DNA of 64,000 nt from Spirochaetia bacterium (GTDB lineage Bacteria > Spirochaetota > Spirochaetia > UBA9216): positions 576,001 to 640,000 of the forward strand of contig CAXXYH010000004.1 in assembly GCA_963677925.2 (NCBI GenBank), read 5' to 3'. This document shows, one piece after another, positions 9,266 through 18,445 of the stretch. The position numbers and the translations under genes were made by a program. The first letter of the stretch is position 1. The number at the start of each line of letters is the position of its first letter. Below the pieces are notes generated by a model. The model did not search any database, had not been told where the DNA came from, and saw only the letters and a program-made list of their open reading frames with translations.

Positions 9266-10327
9266 CTATTTCCTTCCCGTTAAAACGGCAACATATCTGT
9301 CTCCGGGCAGCGGAGACTGTTTATTCCACTCAAGAAGGGCACAGAGTCCTGCGGTAGAAGCCGGCAGTACCGAAAGCCCCTCATTTGTTTTTATGAAGTG
9401 TGAAAATGACATCATTGTCTTGTCTGAGACATCAAAGGCTTTTCCGCCTTCCGATTTGATAGCCTGGAAGGCAAGCTCTCCATCGATCGAGTGCCAGTTG
9501 ATAAGCGGTTCGTTGATTACGCTTTCCTTGATCTTGGATGGAGATAGATCTATGCAGTGATCTGCTCCATGAATAATGCTCGTCACAATCGGGTTTTTCC
9601 GGGCGGCGGAACCGGCAATCATTTTAGGAATACGGGAGGTCTTTCCTCGCCGGTATAATGTCTGAAAGCCCTTGTAGATGCCGGCGAGAGTTGTTCCGTT
9701 GGATACCGGCAGTGCTACAGCTGCAGGGGCATCCCTGAGTTCATCGTAGATTTCGAAGGCTATTTCGCCATAAGCTTTCAGCTGAATATCGATGTTTATT
9801 ACACCGGGGTTTGCATCGTAAAGATCCTGCTCCTGGGCAATCCTGCTTGAAATTACTATTGCTTCTTCATAATCATGGCCGGCACGGATAATCTTTGCGC
9901 CCCATTTAAGCATTTCCTGTTCGCGGGGAGTGTGATAGGTTTCAGGGATATAGATAAGGCATTCAAGCCCGGCGAGTGAGGCGGCAAATGCCATCGCTGC
10001 ACCGTAATTTCCGCAGGTTGCGAATACTATTTTTTCGTAACCCTGACGGAAAGCATCCTCGACCTGTGCGAAGGCAATGCGATCTTTCTGGGTTCCGGAC
10101 GGATTGGAGCCTTCAAACTTCAGAAAGACCTGTCTAAGACCGTATTCTCTCTCGAGGTTTCTTGCCCGGGACATAAGCGTATCCCCGACTTCCGAGGCTA
10201 TGATATCACCGTATGCTTCCGCACGCTGGGCGATAGTCAGGCGGGTATTTAAAACCTGGTCTTTCAGGTTTCCAATTTCGTCATAAACCGAGTTCAGCTG
10301 TCCCCGGGCTTCATCCAACAGACGCAC
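9266..10327 (-). CDS. PLP-dependent fold-type II enzyme (threonine synthase-like)
   Basis: KFEGSNPSGTQKDR (PLP lysine), TCGNYG, PVSNGTT; start moved to GTG 10327 behind SD GGAGGT. Confidence 0.85.
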   Translation of the reverse strand: MRLLDEARGQLNSVYDEIGNLKDQVLNTRLTIAQRAEAYGDIIASEVGDTLMSRARNLEREYGLRQVFLKFEGSNPSGTQKDRIAFAQVEDAFRQGYEKIVFATCGNYGAAMAFAASLAGLECLIYIPETYHTPREQEMLKWGAKIIRAGHDYEEAIVISSRIAQEQDLYDANPGVINIDIQLKAYGEIAFEIYDELRDAPAAVALPVSNGTTLAGIYKGFQTLYRRGKTSRIPKMIAGSAARKNPIVTSIIHGADHCIDLSPSKIKESVINEPLINWHSIDGELAFQAIKSEGGKAFDVSDKTMMSFSHFIKTNEGLSVLPASTAGLCALLEWNKQSPLPGDRYVAVLTGRK

Positions 10328-10495
10328 TAACTGTACCTCCATCATGTATATGATCAATGATAGAATCAATTGGATTTATGCGCAATCATAGGAATATCAT
10401 TTTTGTGATGATATATATATTTCTTTCAAAGTTTTTATAATCGGGTGTAAGATAATATATCAATTAAATATATTCGTATTTCAAAAGGAGTCTAT

Positions 10496-10906
10496 GTGTT
10501 TAATACAAGCTATCTGCTGGTTTTGATGTCGGCGTTCTGTCTTGGTGTTGCAAATATCTTTTATAAAAAAAGTACTGATCTTATAGGCGGTATTAACACG
10601 GCATTTTTTTATTACATGTTCGGTTTTTTACTTGTATCAATTGTTTGGATTATCTTCAGAGAAGAGAGACAGATTAATTTTAAGGCTCTTTTAAATCCCT
10701 TAATTATTGCCGTTTTTCTTACTACCAGTGTTGTTACTTTTATGCTTGGAATTACAAACACAAGAATTGCGATTTCATCAACAATTCGATCTCTTTCATT
10801 TCTGTTTACAATACTGATAGCTGTCCTGTTTTTAAGGGAGAAAATATCAGTTAAACAGATTTTTGGTATCTGTTCAGCGGTACTGGCAATTTTCCTTCTT
10901 GCCTGA
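10496..10906 (+). CDS. EamA/DMT-family small transporter (single EamA repeat)
   Basis: 136 aa, about 5 TM segments, LFLREKISxKQIFG motif; SD AAGGAG before GTG. Confidence 0.8.
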   Translation: MFNTSYLLVLMSAFCLGVANIFYKKSTDLIGGINTAFFYYMFGFLLVSIVWIIFREERQINFKALLNPLIIAVFLTTSVVTFMLGITNTRIAISSTIRSLSFLFTILIAVLFLREKISVKQIFGICSAVLAIFLLA

Positions 10907-10962
10907 TTTGTCAGGAAATATATTTTTGGTGTGAAAAAATACTTTTTTTAATCATAGTCTAT

Positions 10963-11130
10963 CTATTCTTCTTCGCTTTGATCTTCTGAATATTCTTCAG
11001 TTATTGATTCATCATCATCGTTGTCTTTGGATAATTTTTTTTCCAGACGTTTTTTTAGTTTTTCCTCTTTTTTCTTTTTCTTTTTTAATTCCTGCTGTCT
11101 TTTTTCGTATGAATAGAAATTTTTAGCCAA
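10963..11130 (-). CDS. Small Lys-rich/acidic-tail protein (MAKNFYSYEKRQQELKKKKKKEEK…)
   Basis: SD AAGGAG before TTG 11130; polybasic core then acidic tail; downstream of the RRM gene. Confidence 0.65.
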   Translation of the reverse strand: MAKNFYSYEKRQQELKKKKKKEEKLKKRLEKKLSKDNDDDESITEEYSEDQSEEE

Positions 11131-11151
11131 TCTTTTCTCCTTTTGACAGTT

Positions 11152-11177
11152 AAAAAAAGCCGCTGTTAAGCGGCTTT
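11152..11177 (-). terminator. Rho-independent terminator after the RRM gene
   Basis: 9-bp stem AAAGCCGCT/AGCGGCTTT, 4-nt loop, 7-U tract on the minus strand. Confidence 0.8.
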
Positions 11178-11190
11178 GCAATCTGAGATA

Positions 11191-11469
11191 TTAACGGAAA
11201 TTATTGTAACCGGTTCTTTCTCTTCTATCCTGAGCTTCATTAACCTTAAGGTCTCTGCCCAGAAGTTCGGCACCGTTTAGTGCAGAAATTGCTGCAGTTC
11301 CTGCTTCTTCATCATTCATTTCTACAAAACCAAAACCCTTGGAACGGTTTGTGTATCTGTCAATGATGATTTTAACATCTGCAACTTCGCCGTACTGAGC
11401 GAATAAATCCCTTAAATCGTTTTCCTGTGCGTTGAAACTGATGTTTCCTACATAAATTTTCTTTGACAT
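11191..11469 (-). CDS. RRM-domain RNA-binding protein
   Basis: RNP2 KIYVGNI and RNP1 KGFGFVEM. Confidence 0.95.
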   Translation of the reverse strand: MSKKIYVGNISFNAQENDLRDLFAQYGEVADVKIIIDRYTNRSKGFGFVEMNDEEAGTAAISALNGAELLGRDLKVNEAQDRRERTGYNNFR

Positions 11470-11743
11470 AAATGCTCCTTGCCCGAATCTTATCGGTAAT
11501 AATATTTAACCAGTAAGTGAGATAATCTTTGGTTAGTTTTGATGATAAGTACCAGATTATTAAAGGGCAGGACAGAAAAGGATCTATATGCTTCTTTTAT
11601 AAAAGATAGAAACAATTAAACTATTGTTAAAGAATATAACTACTATTTGGTAATTATCAGTTTATAATGCTGTCTGATAAAGATCAAGCTTAGAGGCTTC
11701 TTTGGATGTATAATTATTTAAATATTGATGATAGAATTAGAGC

Positions 11744-13003
11744 TTGAAAAACACAATTAACCAAAACTGGCATCGTCTTGATAATACCGGAAAGATGTAT
11801 CCTTTAATTCGTTCCGACTGGCAGACTACTCTTTACAGGCTGACTGCTGTTTTGAAATCAAATATAGATGTTCAGCGACTGAAGGATTCAATACCGAGAG
11901 TTTATGAGGTCTATCCGGAATTCAATGTCGTGCTCAAGCCGGGTCTGTTCTGGTTCTATTTTGAAAAAACAAATGAAAGACATACGGCAAAACCTGATGA
12001 TCACTATCCGTGTACATCTTTTGAGAAAGATTTTTCAATTTTACCAATTCATGTGTATTATTCCGAAAATCTGCTGTCGGTAGAATTCTGTCATGCTCTA
12101 ACTGACGGCTATGGTGCAACTGAATTCTTTAAAACGCTTCTGTCAGAATACTTTTCAGGGTCAGGTTACAGTACTGTGGAAAATACAAAAACTGTGATCG
12201 ATGAAAAAAATAATAGATGGGAGGATTCATATTTAAAACATTATGATCCCTCAATACCCGGAATGAAGCGCCGTTCAAAGGCTTTTCATTTTCCGTATAA
12301 TATAGTTTCCCCCGGGGTTTATTATTCAACAACAGGAACCATTCCGTTAAATGATATTCTAAAAAAAGCCAAATCATACGGCTGTACAATAACGGAGTGG
12401 CTGACATCTTTCTATATTCTGACAATATCAGAAATGATACAGGATTTTCACTGGAAACCTGCTCCTGTGGTAATTAATGTCCCGGTCAATCTCAGAGTCT
12501 TATATAATTCAAAAACATTGAGAAACTTCTTTGTAACGATAATGCCTCAGATAGACTGCCGGTTCGGGTATTTTACTCTTGAAGAAATAATTTCTCATGT
12601 TAAAAATTATATGAGCCTGGAAGTTGATCGGCGCTACATAAACCAGCAATTCAAACGTAATATAGATGTAGAGTCCAATATGGCGATAAGGCTGATTCCT
12701 CTTCCGTTAAAAAGATTAATTTTTTCTGTTCTTTACTATTATTTAGGTGAAAGACAATACAGCGGAGGATTGTCAAATCTGGGGGCTTTTAAATTGCCGG
12801 AGGCGATTCGTCATGAAGTTGAGGAAGTCAGGCTTCTGACGCCGCCCAGTCAGGGAACTTTGATAAAAGCGGGATGTATTTCATATAATGATCGTTTTTG
12901 CATCACATTCGGATCTCTTGTGAATGAACGGGAATTCGAAAGACGTTTTTTTTCGGGTTTGAGAAAGCAGGGTCTTCCTGTTAAGATCAGCGTAAATTAT
13001 TAA
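11744..13003 (+). CDS. Alcohol acetyltransferase-like CoA-dependent acyltransferase
   Basis: WHRLDNTGK start, LKPGLFWFY, HxxxD (HALTDG), VPVNLR and SNLG motifs. Confidence 0.8.
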   Translation: MKNTINQNWHRLDNTGKMYPLIRSDWQTTLYRLTAVLKSNIDVQRLKDSIPRVYEVYPEFNVVLKPGLFWFYFEKTNERHTAKPDDHYPCTSFEKDFSILPIHVYYSENLLSVEFCHALTDGYGATEFFKTLLSEYFSGSGYSTVENTKTVIDEKNNRWEDSYLKHYDPSIPGMKRRSKAFHFPYNIVSPGVYYSTTGTIPLNDILKKAKSYGCTITEWLTSFYILTISEMIQDFHWKPAPVVINVPVNLRVLYNSKTLRNFFVTIMPQIDCRFGYFTLEEIISHVKNYMSLEVDRRYINQQFKRNIDVESNMAIRLIPLPLKRLIFSVLYYYLGERQYSGGLSNLGAFKLPEAIRHEVEEVRLLTPPSQGTLIKAGCISYNDRFCITFGSLVNEREFERRFFSGLRKQGLPVKISVNY

Positions 13004-13013
13004 GGAGAACATT

Positions 13014-13748
13014 ATGCCATACTGCCCGAAGTGCGGCGTTGAGCTTGATTCACAAATTAAAAATTGTCCGCTATGCAGTTTTCCCATACCCGATACAGGA
13101 TCGCCCGATTCTGAGTCGGGTTCCAGATATTCATTTCTGCTGAACCGTCATAATTTGAAGAAAGCTGAACAGAAAAAGAAGTGGATGGAGGCTAAACCCT
13201 TTGTCTTTATATCATTATTATTAACACTTATAGTACTTTCAGCTGTTTTCGGGATACTTGATATACACTTCTTTAAGGGCTTTACATGGTCCCGTTATGT
13301 AATAGCTATTAATGCTGCTGTTGTTTTGATAATGTTCTTCCTCATGCGGCTTATTCCTTCTATTAGTTTTAATTTTATCGGGATAGGCATGACAGTTATG
13401 ATTTTCCTTTATCTGATTGATAGCTTTTCTGATAATGTCAACTGGTTCTGGACACTTGGTCTAATAATCTGTTTCAATACAATGTTCTGGACCCTTATTT
13501 TAAGAAAAGCCATTCTGCATAGTAAGAGAAAAGGTTTAAACATCGTATCATATATTTTGTTTTCAATATCAATAGCCTGTTTTTCAATTGATCTATTTTA
13601 TAATTTTGCAGTATCTACCCTGATAAAATTATCGTGGTCTATCCCTGTAATAAGTGTAGCTGTCCCTTTAGCAATATTATTTATTCTTTTACATCTTCTT
13701 CTTTCCCCTGTAGTGAAAGAAAAATTAAAAAGGAAATTTCATATCTGA
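13014..13748 (+). CDS. Zinc-ribbon membrane protein (DUF6320-like)
   Basis: CPKC…CPLC N-terminus, about 6 TM segments, C-terminal KLKRKFHI. Confidence 0.8.
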   Translation: MPYCPKCGVELDSQIKNCPLCSFPIPDTGSPDSESGSRYSFLLNRHNLKKAEQKKKWMEAKPFVFISLLLTLIVLSAVFGILDIHFFKGFTWSRYVIAINAAVVLIMFFLMRLIPSISFNFIGIGMTVMIFLYLIDSFSDNVNWFWTLGLIICFNTMFWTLILRKAILHSKRKGLNIVSYILFSISIACFSIDLFYNFAVSTLIKLSWSIPVISVAVPLAILFILLHLLLSPVVKEKLKRKFHI

Positions 13749-14197
13749 TGCAGAAAAGGAAGAATTTTATACAAGCAGTCATCATGGTTTTATCAATGAC
13801 GGTTTGTATAGTTTTTCCGGTATCTGCACAGAATAGAGACTTGCCCGGCGATATCCCGGACGGCATACTGATCCCCGGGCCGGAACCCTTTTCTCTGGAT
13901 GTCCGCAGCGCCATTTACTGCATCAGCCTCTTAAAAAATAACCGCTATATAGAAAAGAAAAGCGAGTCGGAGAAATACAGAATTATAAAAGTCGATACTG
14001 TATGGTCGTGGTTTCTTGATTATGATGAGAGCTTTCCCGAGGGCTACAGGAAACGATATGACATTATAGTAAACGGAACTCCGCTCGACTGGGACCACAG
14101 TTTCATTGAGTACGGCGGAGAAATGATTAATATGCGCCTGCTCTTTCTGTACCGCAATCAGTATCCCCCTGATGTGCTGGAGAAGTTCAGGGACTGA
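13748..14197 (+). CDS. Hypothetical exported protein
   Basis: ATG overlaps the upstream TGA (TGATG); signal peptide …PVSA. Confidence 0.65.
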   Translation: MQKRKNFIQAVIMVLSMTVCIVFPVSAQNRDLPGDIPDGILIPGPEPFSLDVRSAIYCISLLKNNRYIEKKSESEKYRIIKVDTVWSWFLDYDESFPEGYRKRYDIIVNGTPLDWDHSFIEYGGEMINMRLLFLYRNQYPPDVLEKFRD

Positions 14198-14240
14198 GAG
14201 TTCACTTATTCCAGATACATCAGTTTTTGATATTTTGTCT

Positions 14241-14855
14241 TCATTTGTATACCCGTGGATAGTCTGCGTTAGTCTTATCTTCAAAAACCTTCCGAATCAC
14301 AGCGGCTATCTTTGCCGAGCCCTGTCCCGACGGTTCAATCGGTGAAACAGATGAGTAGTCTTCCGCTTCGGTACAAACCGCTCGCAGGTCGATGATTGAA
14401 ATCCCGGCGCTGACAGCTTCCCTGATGATGCCATCGTTGAATACCGCTAGGGCGGCCAACTGCCAGGGTTCCATAGCCGGGCTTTTATCATAGATAGAAC
14501 AGACGGTTACCGGCAGACCGGTTGCGAGGGCCTTCTTTAGTAGTTTGCTGTAAACAGTTCTGAAGCCCTGCTGTATGACGGCAATGGTTTCAAGCTGGTT
14601 CGGCACATTTAAAAGCGGCTTCACCCTCAGGCCTTCATTTCCGCCTGAACTGATGAAAATATGCGAAGTCTCTGCCGACAGTTTGTCAATCTGGTCAGTT
14701 ATCAGTGCAGTTACGCTTCCGCCAACGGCATATAACACCGGTACCGCGGCTGTTTTCAGTTCTCTTTTGAGGCAGTCCGTAACGGCCTGTCCCGGTTCAG
14801 TATAATTTTTATTATCGAATATGGAATCACCAAGCAGTGCAATTTCTGGAGTCAT
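14241..14855 (-). CDS. SGNH/GDSL hydrolase
   Basis: LLGDSIFDN block I, SSGGN block III, DY…PIEPS block V variant. Confidence 0.85.
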   Translation of the reverse strand: MTPEIALLGDSIFDNKNYTEPGQAVTDCLKRELKTAAVPVLYAVGGSVTALITDQIDKLSAETSHIFISSGGNEGLRVKPLLNVPNQLETIAVIQQGFRTVYSKLLKKALATGLPVTVCSIYDKSPAMEPWQLAALAVFNDGIIREAVSAGISIIDLRAVCTEAEDYSSVSPIEPSGQGSAKIAAVIRKVFEDKTNADYPRVYK

Positions 14856-14898
14856 ATTAATGAATTATATCCTGAATAAAAGGATCTTACAGTATATT

Positions 14899-15771
14899 TT
14901 ATTCTGAAGCATTTCTTACTTCAGGATGAATCAGGCAATACAGTCCGGAGGTTTTAAACAGAAACGTTTCAAGACTCGATACGCAGTCATGGGCTTCCTT
15001 CAGTTTAATATCATCACGAAAATACCCGTGAAAGGTAATCTCGATGTGTCTGCCGTATTTATGATACTTGAAATTATGCAGTCCCTGTATCTGAGGTGTC
15101 TGCTCCGCTGCCGCGGTTGTTATCAGGTTTTTAATTTCTCCGGGAATTGTTTCTCCGATGATGCTTTTAACCGTATCTTTAATAATTTCAAATGCGGCGT
15201 AAATTATCATTGCTGCAACAATTAACCCGAGGATACTGTCGATACCGGGAAGCCTTGGATTAAGCCAGATTCCTATCAGTATAACCACAGAAGAGATTGC
15301 GTCGCTTCTGTGATGCCAGCCGTCTGCAATAAGAGAACGCGAGCTTTCTTTTTTACCTGTTCTGATTGAAAGCCGGGCCAATGATTCCTTAACTGCAACA
15401 GTTACTGCCATAATGATTATTGAAGACAGGGAATAGTGTACTTTCGGTGTATTTGCGGCCAGGTTTTGTATTGATTCAATTAAAAATGTGAAGCCTATGT
15501 ATCCCAGCATTATTCCTACGATAATGCTCGTAATTTCTTCAAAGCGTCCGAATCCATATGGATGATTTTCACTTTTTGGTTTATTTGAAATCCATAGGCC
15601 TGCCATTACTATGATGGAACTGATGGAATCGGACAGCGTATGCCAGGCATCCGCTTTGATTGCGAGCGACTGGTTCTGGATACCAATAATGTACTTTACT
15701 GAAAAAAGAAGCAGGTTTGCTATAATTGAAATGGTAACTACAGCCGAGCCTTTAAAAAGAATTTTTTTCAT
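14899..15771 (-). CDS. Cation diffusion facilitator (CzcD/FieF-type) metal exporter
   Basis: ADAWHTLSD, HPYGFGRFE, ADGWHHRSD and C-terminal IHPE motifs. Confidence 0.93.
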   Translation of the reverse strand: MKKILFKGSAVVTISIIANLLLFSVKYIIGIQNQSLAIKADAWHTLSDSISSIIVMAGLWISNKPKSENHPYGFGRFEEITSIIVGIMLGYIGFTFLIESIQNLAANTPKVHYSLSSIIIMAVTVAVKESLARLSIRTGKKESSRSLIADGWHHRSDAISSVVILIGIWLNPRLPGIDSILGLIVAAMIIYAAFEIIKDTVKSIIGETIPGEIKNLITTAAAEQTPQIQGLHNFKYHKYGRHIEITFHGYFRDDIKLKEAHDCVSSLETFLFKTSGLYCLIHPEVRNASE

Positions 15772-15811
15772 GAATACCCCCTCTCTGAGTCAGGGAATGT
15801 TCCATGAAAAT

Positions 15812-15856
15812 AAAAAAACCTGTAGAACACCCCTGATAATGGGTCCCACAGGTTTT
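15812..15856 (-). terminator. Intrinsic terminator (expression platform of the NiCo riboswitch)
   Basis: Minus strand ACCUGUGGGAC…GUUCUACAGGU followed by a U-tract; the 5' arm overlaps the 3' end of the aptamer. Confidence 0.8.
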
Positions 15857-15912
15857 CCTGCTGCATCTATATGCCCGACTGCGCCGTTTAAGGCCGCCTG
15901 ATCCTTACTCTC
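15838..15912 (-). ncRNA. NiCo (czcD) riboswitch aptamer
   Basis: Minus strand GAUCAGGC…GCAGUCGGGC…GCAGCAG…CUGUGGGAC matches the four-way-junction consensus blocks; lies directly upstream of a CDF gene. Confidence 0.85.
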
Positions 15913-15944
15913 AAACTAATATTTCTAAAATACTAATATATAAT

Positions 15945-16133
15945 CTATGATCTGTCTATTACAAAAGTAAAATCTTCTTTTTCCATTTCATCAATAGGAT
16001 TATGTATCCTTTCATTTTTTTGTGAGTTGTTTCTGACAAGTGTTGAAATTATTATTAAGGTGAGAATCAGTCCGGTTAATATCAATAGCCAGTAATGATT
16101 AAAAAATCCGTCAAAAAGGTATGAATGTCGCAT
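15945..16133 (-). CDS. Small single-TM hypothetical protein
   Basis: 62 aa, SD AAGGAG upstream, one hydrophobic helix. Confidence 0.55.
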   Translation of the reverse strand: MRHSYLFDGFFNHYWLLILTGLILTLIIISTLVRNNSQKNERIHNPIDEMEKEDFTFVIDRS

Positions 16134-16346
16134 ATTATAAAACTCCTTTGCTTTTATTTAGCAAATATAGCATAAATATTATATAGAATATTTGTTTGTT
16201 TTGTGAAGAGTTTAAAAGGCTGATCTTTTCCGCAGGATTACCGATAATTAAAAAATAAGTAATTTTCTTACAGGGTATTGCAAATTTGAATTGAGTTCAT
16301 AAAATTTATTTATAAGCTAAAAAGTAAAGTTCTGGAGGACTATTTC

Positions 16347-18299
16347 GTGAAATTAAAAACTACCTTATTAACAGGCTTCCTTGGTATGGCAGCTCTTACA
16401 TTTCTTATTGGTTTAATAGCTTTTCTCATCAGCAACAGTACTATTGGGAGCTATGAGAATGTTGTTTCTCTCGGAGAAGTAGAAACCAGCCTTCTAGATG
16501 CAGTTAATGCCCATAATGAATGGAAATCAAGCCTGGAGGAATCTTTTCTTTTTAATTCTGATGAAATTAATGTTCAGTTTGACGGACATAAATGCGGATT
16601 CGGAACCTGGTTTTATCAGGGCGGACTGGACTCTCTGAAGCAGCTTTCACCTGATTCTGCAGAGGTCATAATGAAGGCCGAGCAGGATCATTTAGCTCTG
16701 CATTCATCGGCAATCAGGATTGATGAGCTCTGGGCCAGTATTCATCCTGGTCTTGGTGAAGAGTTATATAAAAGGCTCAGCGATCATAATCTTTGGGCGG
16801 CAAATCTGATTGAAGATATAATGAAAGATCAGGTTTCCGATGTACAGGTTGATCCGACATTATGCGGATTTGGTCAGTTTCTATCGAGCAGCTGGAATAA
16901 GGAGCTTGAAGATTCCTGGCCTGAATATAAAAAGATAATGGTTCCGATAATTTCTGCTCACGAAAAACTTCATCATGCAGTTCCGGCAATAAATGATGCT
17001 GTCGAATTTAATGATAAATACTATTTATTTGAAACTGAAGTCCTTCCAAATCTTGAATCAATAAGGGTTGCTTTTCAGGAAATTATTGAAATGGAAAATA
17101 CCCTGATAGAGAATCAGGAGGCTGCAAATGATATTTTCAATACTGAAACTGCAGGTTATCTGAATGCAGTAAAATCCGGAATAAAAGATACGGTTGCACA
17201 ATTGAATCTTGAAAGAGAAGGCCTTGTTAAGGATGCTGAACAGTTGAATTTTATGCAGAGTATAATTATCTGGGCAGGAATAGGCCTGGGAATTCTGATT
17301 GGTATTTTTGTTGCAGTGATGATTACAAGATCTGTACTTAGACGGCTTGGCGGAGAGCCGGATGAAATTTCATTGATTGCTGAGAGCATTGCAGAAGGAA
17401 ATCTTGATATAGAATATGACGATCGAGAGCTGCGGGGTGTCTATGCTTCCATGAAGACTATGTCGCTGAAACTCTCTCAAATAGTCAGTTCTGTATTAAG
17501 CGGTAGTGAACAGGTGGCCTCTGCAAGTGAACAGCTGGCATCCGGAAATCAGGATCTTTCCAACAGAACAGAACGGCAGGCTGCTTCTTTGGAAGAAACA
17601 TCCTCTGCTATTGAACAGATGAATGCCTCAATTAAATCCAATGCCGATAATACTCAGACGGCTGACAGCCTTTCAAGAGAGGCTGCCGGAAAGTCTGAAT
17701 ACGGAGCCGAAACCATTCATGAAATGGTGAATTCGATGAATGAAATAAGTATCTCCAGCAATAAAATTGCTGATATTATAGAAGTTATTACAAACATTGC
17801 ATTCCAGACAAATCTGCTTGCATTGAATGCCTCCATTGAATCAGCGCGGGCCGGTGAACATGGAAAAGGCTTTGCTGTTGTTGCTGTTGAAGTTAGAAAG
17901 CTTGCCAAGCGTTCGGACCGGGCTGCAAAAGAAATAACTGATATTATTAAATCAAGTAACGAAAGGGTATCTGAAGGTGTTGAAATTGCCAATAAGGCAG
18001 GTGTTGTTCTTCAGGATATTAATGATGCGGTTAGAAAGGTTACCGCACTAGTTGCAGAAATCTCTGCGGCGTCCCAGGAGCAGATATCAAGTTCCGATGA
18101 AATTAACCAGGCTCTTATTTCTCTTGATGAAAACACCCAGAAAAATGCAGCGTTAATTGAAGAATCTGCTTCTGCTACCGAAGAGCTCTCCGCTCAGGCT
18201 CAGGAGCTGAATACAATAATGCAGTTCTTCACTTCTAAAAGAGCGTTGACTTATGAATCAAATGAGACGCTCCAACTGGAGAGTCCCGAATTTGATTAG
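16347..18299 (+). CDS. Methyl-accepting chemotaxis protein with two CZB domains
   Basis: [30 protein letters not shown] hairpin tip; two H-x2-W…CGFGx(W/F)…HxxLH repeats between two TM helices. Confidence 0.92.
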   Translation: MKLKTTLLTGFLGMAALTFLIGLIAFLISNSTIGSYENVVSLGEVETSLLDAVNAHNEWKSSLEESFLFNSDEINVQFDGHKCGFGTWFYQGGLDSLKQLSPDSAEVIMKAEQDHLALHSSAIRIDELWASIHPGLGEELYKRLSDHNLWAANLIEDIMKDQVSDVQVDPTLCGFGQFLSSSWNKELEDSWPEYKKIMVPIISAHEKLHHAVPAINDAVEFNDKYYLFETEVLPNLESIRVAFQEIIEMENTLIENQEAANDIFNTETAGYLNAVKSGIKDTVAQLNLEREGLVKDAEQLNFMQSIIIWAGIGLGILIGIFVAVMITRSVLRRLGGEPDEISLIAESIAEGNLDIEYDDRELRGVYASMKTMSLKLSQIVSSVLSGSEQVASASEQLASGNQDLSNRTERQAASLEETSSAIEQMNASIKSNADNTQTADSLSREAAGKSEYGAETIHEMVNSMNEISISSNKIADIIEVITNIAFQTNLLALNASIESARAGEHGKGFAVVAVEVRKLAKRSDRAAKEITDIIKSSNERVSEGVEIANKAGVVLQDINDAVRKVTALVAEISAASQEQISSSDEINQALISLDENTQKNAALIEESASATEELSAQAQELNTIMQFFTSKRALTYESNETLQLESPEFD

Positions 18300-18445
18300 A
18301 AGCTCTGTTTCATGGATCTGCAGAGATATCATTTTTATACAATGGGTATCAGCAATATCCTTGATTATGTATCTAGTGGGGAAAAAGTTATAATATATTT
18401 ATCACCTGAACAATAAAAAATAACCTATTGAGAGGTGAAAATATA

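Noticed and set aside
10496-16133. Run of short unrelated genes as a possible integron cassette array
   Set aside because: Mixed orientations, no repeated attC-like sites, no integrase
16213-16247. Sigma-28 promoter for the MCP (TAAA…CCGATAA)
   Set aside because: Spacer is 23 nt rather than about 15; only the -10-like part fits
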